Shown in pieces: positions 51,153-58,153 of a stretch of DNA of 64,000 nucleotides. The position numbers and the translations under genes were made by a program. Under the pieces are notes generated by a model that did no database searches, was not told the origin of the DNA, and worked only from the letters and a program-made list of their open reading frames with translations. Source of the DNA: a virus; IMG/VR virus record IMGVR_UViG_3300027666_000001. One strand, written 5' to 3'. The stretch's first letter is position 1. Each line of letters opens with the position of its first letter.

Positions 51153-52601
51153 TCATCCGGCCCAGGGGTCGTCGTTCAGGTCGCTCAGCCAGCGGCCAAC
51201 CGTGGAGGCGTCCACGCCGAGGACACGGGCGCCTTCGGCGCGGCTCAGGTGTCCCTGCTGGATTTCCCCGTGCAGCCACGCGATGACGGCGGAGCGGGCC
51301 TCCTCCTTCTCCTCGGCCGTGAAGCCGGACTTCGGAGCCTGGGAAGCGTGGTACGTGAGCACGACCATCGGGTGACGGCCGACCGGAACCTGAGACGTCT
51401 CCTGCCCGGCTTCCACGGCCTCCGTGAGAACGGGAACGGACTCGGGCGCGGCATCTTCCTGGACGGGCTCCAGGGCGGCTTCCTCCGCTTCCGGTGCGGG
51501 TTCGATGTCGGGCGCCACCACCCACCAGTCCTCATGCTCCGGCTCCGCCGTGGCCGGGTAGGGACCGGCCAGGGCGAACTGGACCTGCAACTCCCCCTGC
51601 AAGGGTTGCTGCACGGGCCCCTTCTCCAGGCTGACCTGCACGGATTCGCTTGCATCCGGGTTCTCGTGCAAGGCCGTCTGCATAGGGGTCCGCAAGGGCG
51701 TGGTGGGCTCGTCCAGAAGCAGCCCGTCATCACCCTCAGTGACGCCCGAAACATCCAGCTTCGTCCACTGTGAAGTGGCCTGCTGCATGGGCTCTTGCAC
51801 GTCGGGAATAGGCTCCTTGACCAGGGAGTATGCCGGTTCCGGACTGGCCTGCCGCGAGGTCTCATTCCGGAAGTCGTTCGTCACCGAGGCGATGTCGTCG
51901 AACGACTGGCCCGACTTGCCCTGGTCTGCGACATCCGAAGTGGCCTGCTGCACGACCTGCGGCAATACCGTTGTGGGCGCTTCCGGAGCAGTTACCGCAC
52001 GGGTTTCGGCTTCGGGCGAAATGGCCTGCTGCACCGGCTCCTGCAAATCCGGCTGTTCGAATCGCTCAGTTTCGACCGAATCTTCCGAATCGTCCCTCGC
52101 CCGTTCGGCCTCTTCGCCGGAACTCGACTCGTCCACCTGCGGGTTTTCGAGGATCTGCGTGGGGCTCTCCGGCGCAGGGTCGACGAGCGTCTTGTTCTCG
52201 TCATCCTCACTTTCCGTGATCCCCTTCGACTCCTCTCCTTCGGTTACCCACGGCTCCTCGCGGCCCAGCTTCCGCTCACGTGCAGAGAACACCGCCAGCC
52301 CGATCACCGTGAGGAGGACGGCTGCACCGAGCGCCTGCGGAACGCTGGTCGAGTGACCGCCCCGCTCCGGGCCGCCGGTCGCCGCGCTCAGGACCACCCA
52401 GATCGGAATGAGCACGATGAACGCCCGGCCACCCTTGGCCCACACCGAGCGGTGCTCGCCGTTCTCGTCCAGCTCCAGCACCCAGTTCTTGCTTCCGTGC
52501 AGCCCCCTGCGGAACATCCTGCCCAGCCCCTTGGAGCCGTTCTGGACCTCCATCGACTGCCTGATTCCCGCTGCCTGCGGGACCTTCACGCGGATCGCCA
52601 T
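51153..52601 (-). CDS. membrane protein with acidic repeat region and C-terminal HTH (482 aa)
   Basis: ATG 52601 behind GGAGATGAGGAGG SD. Two TM helices. Repeats QEPVQQAIS, VVQQATS, QEPMQQATS and GPVQQPLQ. C-terminal LSRAEGARVLGVDASTVGRWL. Confidence 0.65.
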   Translation of the reverse strand: MAIRVKVPQAAGIRQSMEVQNGSKGLGRMFRRGLHGSKNWVLELDENGEHRSVWAKGGRAFIVLIPIWVVLSAATGGPERGGHSTSVPQALGAAVLLTVIGLAVFSARERKLGREEPWVTEGEESKGITESEDDENKTLVDPAPESPTQILENPQVDESSSGEEAERARDDSEDSVETERFEQPDLQEPVQQAISPEAETRAVTAPEAPTTVLPQVVQQATSDVADQGKSGQSFDDIASVTNDFRNETSRQASPEPAYSLVKEPIPDVQEPMQQATSQWTKLDVSGVTEGDDGLLLDEPTTPLRTPMQTALHENPDASESVQVSLEKGPVQQPLQGELQVQFALAGPYPATAEPEHEDWWVVAPDIEPAPEAEEAALEPVQEDAAPESVPVLTEAVEAGQETSQVPVGRHPMVVLTYHASQAPKSGFTAEEKEEARSAVIAWLHGEIQQGHLSRAEGARVLGVDASTVGRWLSDLNDDPWAG

Positions 52602-52625
52602 GACCTCCTCATCTCCTCTCCGAGT

Positions 52626-52652
52626 GGCCCGCCGGAGCTGTTCCGGCGGGCC
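52626..52652 (-). terminator. 11-bp perfect hairpin
   Basis: GGCCCGCCGGA-5 nt-TCCGGCGGGCC lies between the stop at 52681 and the SD of the next gene. Confidence 0.55.
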
Positions 52653-52680
52653 GTTTCCACTGGTTCTTGCAGGCCACTTT

Positions 52681-52926
52681 TCAGCGGCCCTGGACCCACT
52701 TTCTGGGGTCGTTGTGATTCTCCCAGGAGGGAACCACGATCCGGTCCCCATACCTGGTGTACCCGATGTGCGTGCCCGGCGGGATGAGCCGGTTGCCCGC
52801 CGACAGGCTGCCGCACGAGAGACAGGGGTCCCCCTCCAGGCGGCCGTGCTCGCAGCGGTGCAGGTCCAGCAGCAGCTTGGCCAGACGGCTCGTTTCGACC
52901 TCCTGCGGGGTCGGCAGCTCAGCCAC
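52681..52926 (-). CDS. hypothetical zinc-ribbon-like protein (81 aa)
   Basis: GTG 52926 overlaps the upstream stop by 8 nt (GTGGCTGA). HRCEHG...CLSCG. Confidence 0.5.
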   Translation of the reverse strand: MAELPTPQEVETSRLAKLLLDLHRCEHGRLEGDPCLSCGSLSAGNRLIPPGTHIGYTRYGDRIVVPSWENHNDPRKWVQGR

Positions 52927-53128
52927 GAGCGGCTTCCAGGGTTCGATTCGAATCGGACGAACGGGTTCGAATCTCCCTGAATTCGGTGCAGGCGCAGGTC
53001 CCACGGCCCTGTGCCAGCTTGTGGCGGCAGGCCGTACGGGAGCCCTTCAGGTGCGTTCCAGTGTGTTCGTGCCGGGGGTGCCCGCACCCCGAGGGGCCGG
53101 TACAGAGCATCTTCTCGTGCAGGCTCAT
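52919..53128 (-). CDS. hypothetical Cys/His-rich protein (69 aa)
   Basis: ATG 53128 behind ACGAGGAGAAC SD. CTGPSGCGHPRHEH...CRHK...CACTEF. Confidence 0.5.
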   Translation of the reverse strand: MSLHEKMLCTGPSGCGHPRHEHTGTHLKGSRTACRHKLAQGRGTCACTEFREIRTRSSDSNRTLEAARG

Positions 53129-53151
53129 CGCGTTCTCCTCGTTCTTGCTGG

Positions 53152-53421
53152 TCAGCGCTCGGCGGCCAGCTCGCTCAGCTTCGCCGCCAGCTTCGCATTC
53201 AGGTCCAGCGCCTGCTCGTACGTCAGCTCGGCGAACAAGCCCGGGTCCTCGTCGGCCTGGAGGTCCGTCAGCGGCACCGTCAGGCGCTCGCCGAAACCGG
53301 TCTTCACCGGGCCGAAGCCGCCGATGACGATGTGGCAGCCCGGGGTCATGCTCTTGTCCACGGCCAGCCTGGCGTTCCTGTCGATGTCGCCCAGGCTGTT
53401 CAGGGCACGGATCTCGCTCAC
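53152..53421 (-). CDS. hypothetical protein (89 aa)
   Basis: GTGA overlap at 53418-53421. Confidence 0.6.
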   Translation of the reverse strand: MSEIRALNSLGDIDRNARLAVDKSMTPGCHIVIGGFGPVKTGFGERLTVPLTDLQADEDPGLFAELTYEQALDLNAKLAAKLSELAAER

Positions 53422-53753
53422 TTCTCCTCCTCGGTCCAGGTGCGTCCCAGGTAGTCCTTGTGCGGCTCCTTGTGGCCGCGTGCCAGCCCCTCGCAGGGCT
53501 CGCCGTCGTCGGGGTGCTCCGAGCCGCAGAACAGCAGGATGTCGTGCTCCGCGAAGGCGGCGACGATCGCCGGTTCCTCGTCGTACACACCCACGGTGCC
53601 CTCGGCGTTGTTCCAGCCCATCTCCGTCAGGGCCTTGATCAGCTTGGAGGCGATGCGCTGGACGGCCTCCGCGCCGATCTGCTCCTTGACCAGGAGGATT
53701 TCGTCCATGACCGGTTCGAACACGTCGGTTCCGGCCTCGTACTTGATTCCCAC
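53418..53753 (-). CDS. hypothetical protein (111 aa)
   Basis: GTG 53753 behind GGAATGAGGAGAAT SD. Confidence 0.55.
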   Translation of the reverse strand: MGIKYEAGTDVFEPVMDEILLVKEQIGAEAVQRIASKLIKALTEMGWNNAEGTVGVYDEEPAIVAAFAEHDILLFCGSEHPDDGEPCEGLARGHKEPHKDYLGRTWTEEEK

Positions 53754-53780
53754 ATTCTCCTCATTCCGATGGTTCTTCCA

Positions 53781-53811
53781 GGGGTTCGCCCTGGAATCCA
53801 AGGCGAACCCC
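53781..53811. repeat. inverted repeat GGGGTTCGCC-11 nt-GGCGAACCCC (element E1)
   Basis: Perfect 10-bp arms with loop CTGGAATCCAA. Related to E2 at 54538-54562. Confidence 0.6.
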
Positions 53812-53816
53812 CACCG

Positions 53817-54035
53817 TCACACCGTCTCGATACGGGTCACGCGGTAGAGGCCCGCGTAGATCTCGCGTGCCGCCTCCGCGTCGTCCACATCGTCCAGCTC
53901 GACCAGGAAGGTGTGATGCTCGCCCGTCACGTCGGTGCAGAGCTTGCCGTTGACCGGGCACGGGCCGGTCTTCTTCTCGCGCGGGTTGTGCTCAGGGTTC
54001 TTCGCGAGCCGTACCGTGACCAGGAACTGTGCCAT
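53817..54035 (-). CDS. hypothetical protein (72 aa)
   Basis: TGATG junction at 54035. High GC3. Confidence 0.6.
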   Translation of the reverse strand: MAQFLVTVRLAKNPEHNPREKKTGPCPVNGKLCTDVTGEHHTFLVELDDVDDAEAAREIYAGLYRVTRIETV

Positions 54036-54502
54036 CAGCCGTTCACCCGGCCGATGTAGACCTTCCGGCCGCCGTACTTGTACTCGGAGATCGGGGCGAC
54101 GACGACCTTGTAACCCCGGTAGGAACCGGAGTTGGCGTTCAGGATCTTGTCCCCGCCGACGTAGATGCCCACGTGCTTGATGTTGCCGGACGAGGTGCCG
54201 AAGAACACCAGGTCACCCTTGGCGCGCTTGCTCCACGAGATCTTCGAGGACTTGTTGTACTGGCCCTGGGCGGTGCGCGGCAGCGTCTTGCCGTTCTTCT
54301 TGTACGAGTAGTACGTCAGGCCCGAGCAGTCGTAGGCGTTCGGACCGGCGGCGCCGTCCCTGTAGGGGTCCCCCTTCTGGGCGGTGGCCGTACTCAGGGC
54401 CTTCGTCCGTATCGGAGTGGCCGCACTGGCACTGGGCGCCACGGTCAGCATGATCCCTCCCGCGAGCGCGGTGGACAGGGCGACGGTGGTGAGCTTCTGC
54501 AT
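54035..54502 (-). CDS. secreted NlpC/P60 peptidoglycan endopeptidase, second copy (155 aa)
   Basis: ATG 54502 behind AAGGAGAAGCACC SD. Signal peptide ...APSASA. DCSGL and KHVGIY motifs. Confidence 0.75.
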   Translation of the reverse strand: MQKLTTVALSTALAGGIMLTVAPSASAATPIRTKALSTATAQKGDPYRDGAAGPNAYDCSGLTYYSYKKNGKTLPRTAQGQYNKSSKISWSKRAKGDLVFFGTSSGNIKHVGIYVGGDKILNANSGSYRGYKVVVAPISEYKYGGRKVYIGRVNG

Positions 54503-54537
54503 GGTGCTTCTCCTTGGATTCCGAGATTCTTCTGGAT

Positions 54538-54562
54538 GTTCGCGATGGAATTCCTGGCGAAC
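54538..54562. repeat. inverted repeat GTTCGC-13 nt-GCGAAC with inner GGAATTCC (element E2)
   Basis: Lies in a 59-nt spacer upstream of the NlpC/P60 gene. The loop shares TGGAAT(T/C)C with E1. Confidence 0.45.
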
Positions 54563-55029
54563 TACCAGCTCATTCCTTCGGGACTGAAGAGGACGGGGAT
54601 GCCCGCTTTCCTGGCGCGCTCGACGCAGTCGGCCGTTCCGTGGGAGGGGTGTTCGCCGGGCGGACACCAGGGGCTGTTCTTCCGGCACGGGTTCGCCCAT
54701 GCCATGACGAGCTGGGCTCCGGCGCTGACCATGTCCTGGTTGCGGAGATTGCCCGCGTAGTTGCCATGGGCGTCCCAGTCGGGCAGGTAGGGGACCTCCA
54801 GGACCAGGGAGTCGTCGAAGCGCGCAGCCCAGTCGCTGAGGTACCGGTCGGCGCCGCGCTTGTTCTTGCCGTTGCGCACGAGCAGACGGCCGTGCCGCTT
54901 CAGCAGGCGAGTGACCGGAGTCCAGACCGCACTGCGGTCCGCCCAGTCTCGTGAGCCTGTTCCGATCAGCTCGAAATACGGGACGTTGAGATTCAACGTC
55001 TCTGCCGTTAGCTGCGGTTGGGCGTTCAT
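54562..55029 (-). CDS. DUF2493/SLOG-family protein (155 aa)
   Basis: GTGSRDWADRSAV...LVRNGKNKRGADRYLSDWA...PDWDAHGNYAGNLRNQDMV fits the DUF2493 pattern. GGAGGCAC SD. Confidence 0.55.
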   Translation of the reverse strand: MNAQPQLTAETLNLNVPYFELIGTGSRDWADRSAVWTPVTRLLKRHGRLLVRNGKNKRGADRYLSDWAARFDDSLVLEVPYLPDWDAHGNYAGNLRNQDMVSAGAQLVMAWANPCRKNSPWCPPGEHPSHGTADCVERARKAGIPVLFSPEGMSW

Positions 55030-55045
55030 GTGCCTCCTATCGAAC

Positions 55046-55087
55046 GGCCTAGGCCGATCCTACCCGATGGCCTACTTCTCGGGTAGG
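55046..55087. promoter_or_regulatory. perfect GGCCTAGGCC (site S6, 55046-55055) followed by 9-bp hairpin CCTACCCGA-11 nt-TCGGGTAGG
   Basis: Lies 17 nt upstream of ATG 55029. Additional GGCCTA/TAGGCC half-sites at 55069-55074 and 55084-55089. Confidence 0.5.
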
Positions 55088-55270
55088 CCACTTCATGAGG
55101 AGGCTTGTCCTGATTCGTGGCGATTCTTGGTCACTGCGAATCATCATGAACTCCTGCGAATCGGGCATACCGGACCACTTTTTATGGATCCCCGACACGC
55201 TACAGCAGGACATAAACGGTCAATCTGGACGGTCCGAATCGAGCGATTCACCCGTTGTGTCCATTACCCT

Positions 55271-55341
55271 TCGGTAGCTTCTCTTCCGAGATTCGGGCGC
55301 CTTCCGACCTGATTCTTGTTACTTCTCGGTAGCTTCTCTTC
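55271..55341. repeat. two direct copies of TCGGTAGCTTCTCTTC (55271-55286, 55326-55341)
   Basis: Exact 16-mers 55 bp apart in non-coding island C. Each is followed by a (GA)TTCGGG-type motif. Confidence 0.7.
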
Positions 55342-55392
55342 GGGTTCGGGGTGAAGGAAAGTTACCGAACGGTAGGCAGATGGCACACGAAA

Positions 55393-55416
55393 GGCCCGCC
55401 GGTCTCCCGACGGGCC
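55393..55416 (-). terminator. rho-independent terminator
   Basis: GGCCCGCCGG-tctc-CCGACGGGCC (one mismatch) followed on the minus strand by TTTCGTGTG. Begins 6 nt after the stop at 55422. Confidence 0.65.
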
Positions 55417-55421
55417 TCCGT

Positions 55422-55706
55422 TCAGCCGTACGCGATCCAGTCGGGGATCACCGTGGGCTGGATGACGGACTCCTCGACCATGAACCCGAAGTCGTCTCGA
55501 CGGAGTCGGCCGTCCTCGGTCCGCATGTACCGGTCGATATGGATCCCCTCTTCGTCTCTCCAGATCTCCGGCCACCTCGGAATGTCCACCGGGTCCACCC
55601 CGCAGGAAGCGAGCATGGAGAGTACGTCTTTTCGCCGCTTCTCCAGAAGAGCCCTGACGGACTCTGACACCTCGGTCCGCAGTATCGCCCTCATGTCGTT
55701 TCTCAT
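55422..55706 (-). CDS. hypothetical protein (94 aa)
   Basis: ATG behind GAGGGGAGAACG SD. Confidence 0.65.
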   Translation of the reverse strand: MRNDMRAILRTEVSESVRALLEKRRKDVLSMLASCGVDPVDIPRWPEIWRDEEGIHIDRYMRTEDGRLRRDDFGFMVEESVIQPTVIPDWIAYG

Positions 55707-55726
55707 CGTTCTCCCCTCATGCCGAA

Positions 55727-55755
55727 GAGGGGCACGGCATCACGCCGTGCCCCTC
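55727..55755 (-). terminator. 12-bp perfect hairpin
   Basis: GAGGGGCACGGC-5 nt-GCCGTGCCCCTC, 10 nt after the stop at 55765. Confidence 0.6.
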
Positions 55756-55764
55756 CAGGCGGTC

Positions 55765-56178
55765 TCACTTGAACTGGACCTCGGTTCCGTCGGGCCACAC
55801 GAAGCGCGCGTTCTCCTTGCGCACTCCGTCCTTGTCGGCGACGACGCGCCAGATGTCTCCGGCCCACTCTCCGTCGACCACCATCACGCCTTGAACGGTT
55901 CTGTCGATCTCGGCCATCTCGGCGACCAGCCTCTTCACGTCCTTCTCCAGGTCGCGACAGTCGAAGGACTCCCTCCACGGGATGGCCGCACTCGACGTGA
56001 AGATGGTGGAGATGCCGGTTTCGGTCTCTTCCTCGGAGCGCTCGACCGCGAGGACCACGCCCGGGTCGTCTCGGGAGTCGGGCTTGTTGTCCAGGTAGAA
56101 CCCGCTGCTCTTGATCTCCGACCACTGGAGCGGCGGGTCGATCGTGAATACTCCGCTCACCGATCCGGTGTAGCTCAA
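55765..56178 (-). CDS. hypothetical protein (137 aa)
   Basis: TTG 56178 behind GAAGGAGAGGGGAAGG SD in a TTGA overlap. The longer track start lacks an SD. Confidence 0.5.
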   Translation of the reverse strand: MSYTGSVSGVFTIDPPLQWSEIKSSGFYLDNKPDSRDDPGVVLAVERSEEETETGISTIFTSSAAIPWRESFDCRDLEKDVKRLVAEMAEIDRTVQGVMVVDGEWAGDIWRVVADKDGVRKENARFVWPDGTEVQFK

Positions 56179-56267
56179 CGCCTTCCCCTCTCCTTCAGAA
56201 ACAGGAACACGCGAGCGGCCACCCCGGAACCAGCCAGGGTGGCCACCCACTCGATCGCGTACGACAT
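56175..56267 (-). CDS. small membrane peptide (30 aa, below ORF-track cutoff)
   Basis: Coupled at both ends (TGATG at 56267, TTGA at 56175). MSYAIEWVATLAGSGVAARVFLFLKERGRR. High GC3. Confidence 0.45.
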   Translation of the reverse strand: MSYAIEWVATLAGSGVAARVFLFLKERGRR

Positions 56268-56944
56268 CAGCCCTTGGTGCAGAGCGGGAAGAGCTTGTTC
56301 TTCTTCCCGGCCGGGACCTTGGCCGCCACGCAGTTGTCGTAGTCGACCTTGCGGACGTCCTGCTCGTACAGGTAGCCGTCGTCGGCGAGGACGAAGATCT
56401 CGTACTCCGTCTCGCACCCCTTCGGCTTGAACTGGTACTTCAGCTTGGGGATCTTCTTGCCCTTCAGCCTCTCCGGCTTTTCCGGCTTCTTCTTCAGCTC
56501 GACGCCCTTGTTCTTGACGGTCGGCGTGACCGACGGGCTGGCGCTGCGCTGCGTCGTTCCGGATCCGGTCGACGGCGTCTTTGAGGCGGGGGTCGAAGCA
56601 GCCTTGGACGGCGTCTTGGACGGCGCCTTGGAGGTCGTGGTGCCGGAGACCGCCTTGCCCTGCTTCTGCGTCTTGCTGTCGCTGCTGCTGGAGGCGTCGC
56701 CGTCGGACTCCGAGCTGGACGAGTTTCCGGAGGAGGTCTTGCTTCCCTTGCTGCCGCCCTTGTTGCCACCGGAGACGAAGGCCACCGCGTCCATCGCGAT
56801 GTCCTCGCCGGGGCAGTCGTAGTCGACCTGCTGTCCCTGCACGAGGCCGGAAACCTCGTAGTCGTAGGTGTCGGTACCACATGCGGAGATGGCCAGGATG
56901 ATGCCAGCGGCCCCGGATGCGATCTTCACGGTCTTCTTGTTCAC
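56267..56944 (-). CDS. lipoprotein with Ser/Thr/Lys-rich linker (225 aa)
   Basis: GTG 56944 behind GGAAAGGGG SD. Canonical lipobox LAISAC. Low-complexity central region. Confidence 0.7.
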   Translation of the reverse strand: MNKKTVKIASGAAGIILAISACGTDTYDYEVSGLVQGQQVDYDCPGEDIAMDAVAFVSGGNKGGSKGSKTSSGNSSSSESDGDASSSSDSKTQKQGKAVSGTTTSKAPSKTPSKAASTPASKTPSTGSGTTQRSASPSVTPTVKNKGVELKKKPEKPERLKGKKIPKLKYQFKPKGCETEYEIFVLADDGYLYEQDVRKVDYDNCVAAKVPAGKKNKLFPLCTKG

Positions 56945-57052
56945 GGTCAATCCCCTTTCCTAGAAACAGTATTGCAGGAAAGTGGGAAGTTGTCGAGTCG
57001 CTTCTTCGTAGATTCGTGCGAAGCTATGACCATCACACGGAGGGAGGAACCC

Positions 57053-58153
57053 GTGTCTACACCGATGAGCGCAGCCAGATTTCTGGCCGCTCTGAAGGCG
57101 GAAGGTGTCGAGGTTGTCGAGGTCGGCAACTGGGAGACGCACAACCGCAACAGCAAGGGACCGTGGGGCGCCGTGCACGGTGTGATGATCCATCACACCG
57201 TCACCAGCGGTACCCAGAACACCGTCAATATCGTGAACAACGGCTACTCCGGCCTGCCCGGTCCGCTCTGTCACGGCATGATCGCCAAGAGTGGCAAGGT
57301 CTACCTGGTTGGCTACGGCCGTGCCAACCACGCGGGCCTCGGCGACCCGGACGTGCTCCAGGCGGTCATCGACGAGCGCTCGGCGCCCGCCGACAACGAG
57401 GCCACCGTGGACGGCAACAGGGCCTTCTACGGCTTCGAGTGCGAGAACCTGGGCAACGGTAAGGACCCCTGGCCCGCAGCCCAGCTCGAAGCCATCGAGC
57501 GGGTCTCCGCCGCGATCTGCCGGTACCACGACTGGGGCTCGCTCTCGGTCATCGGCCACAAGGAGTGGCAGCCCGGCAAGGTGGACCCGCTGGGATTCAC
57601 CATGGACTCCATGCGTGCGCGCGTGCGCTCGCGCCTGGGGACCGATCCCAACAAGCCGACCCCGCCGCCGTCCACCGGCACCACGTACACCGTGAAGCCC
57701 GGTGACACGCTGAGCGGGATCGCGAAGGCTCTGGGCGTGACGGTCGACGCCCTGTACGCGGCCAACAAGGACAAGATCAAGAACAAGAACGAGATCTTCC
57801 CCGGTCAGGAGCTGACGATCCCCAAGGGATCCGGTCTGCCGAAGCCGCAGAAGCCGAAGGTGGACCTGTCGCAGCTCATCGCGGCTGCCAAGTCCGACCC
57901 CAAGGCGTCGGGACAGCCGGTCACGTACGCCGGAACGAAGACGGTCGAGGCCGCCCTGGTCGACGAGGGGCTGCTGGCGAAGACCTACCTGGACGGGCAC
58001 TTCGGCACGACGACCGTCGAGGCGTACCGCAAGTGGCAGCTCAAGCTGTATCCGGGCGCCAGTACGGCTCCGGGTGGTGCAGCAGACGGCATACCCGGGA
58101 ACGACAGTCTCACTAGGCTCGGCGAGAAGCACGGTTTCACCGTCGTCGCGTGA
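57053..58153 (+). CDS. endolysin: N-acetylmuramoyl-L-alanine amidase (Amidase_2/PGRP) + LysM + PG-binding-like C-terminus
   Basis: GTG behind GGAGGGAGGAAC SD. Amidase block VMIHHT...GYGRANHAG...GHKEW. LysM YTVKPGDTLSGIAKALGV. C-terminal GHFGTTTVEAYRKWQ. Confidence 0.85.
   Translation: MSTPMSAARFLAALKAEGVEVVEVGNWETHNRNSKGPWGAVHGVMIHHTVTSGTQNTVNIVNNGYSGLPGPLCHGMIAKSGKVYLVGYGRANHAGLGDPDVLQAVIDERSAPADNEATVDGNRAFYGFECENLGNGKDPWPAAQLEAIERVSAAICRYHDWGSLSVIGHKEWQPGKVDPLGFTMDSMRARVRSRLGTDPNKPTPPPSTGTTYTVKPGDTLSGIAKALGVTVDALYAANKDKIKNKNEIFPGQELTIPKGSGLPKPQKPKVDLSQLIAAAKSDPKASGQPVTYAGTKTVEAALVDEGLLAKTYLDGHFGTTTVEAYRKWQLKLYPGASTAPGGAADGIPGNDSLTRLGEKHGFTVVA

Noticed and set aside
43010-52601. Search for a conjugative DNA translocase (FtsK/TraB, VirB4, VirD4) in the plasmid-like region
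   Set aside because: No Walker A/B-containing ORF of suitable size is present there. I therefore do not call the region a conjugation system.
52930-52985. tRNA-like GGTTCGAAT / GGTTCGATT words (also near 5527-5537)
   Set aside because: The flanking bases do not form a T-stem or an acceptor stem. The 52.9-kb copy lies inside coding sequence on the opposite strand. I found no tRNA cloverleaf.
55095-55277. 60-aa ORF in island C
   Set aside because: It has no SD and GC3 of only about 58% in a low-GC stretch. The region is better explained by repeats and regulatory motifs. A leaderless small protein cannot be excluded.
55271-55341. Possible CRISPR-like array
   Set aside because: There are only two repeat copies, no regular spacer structure and no cas genes.
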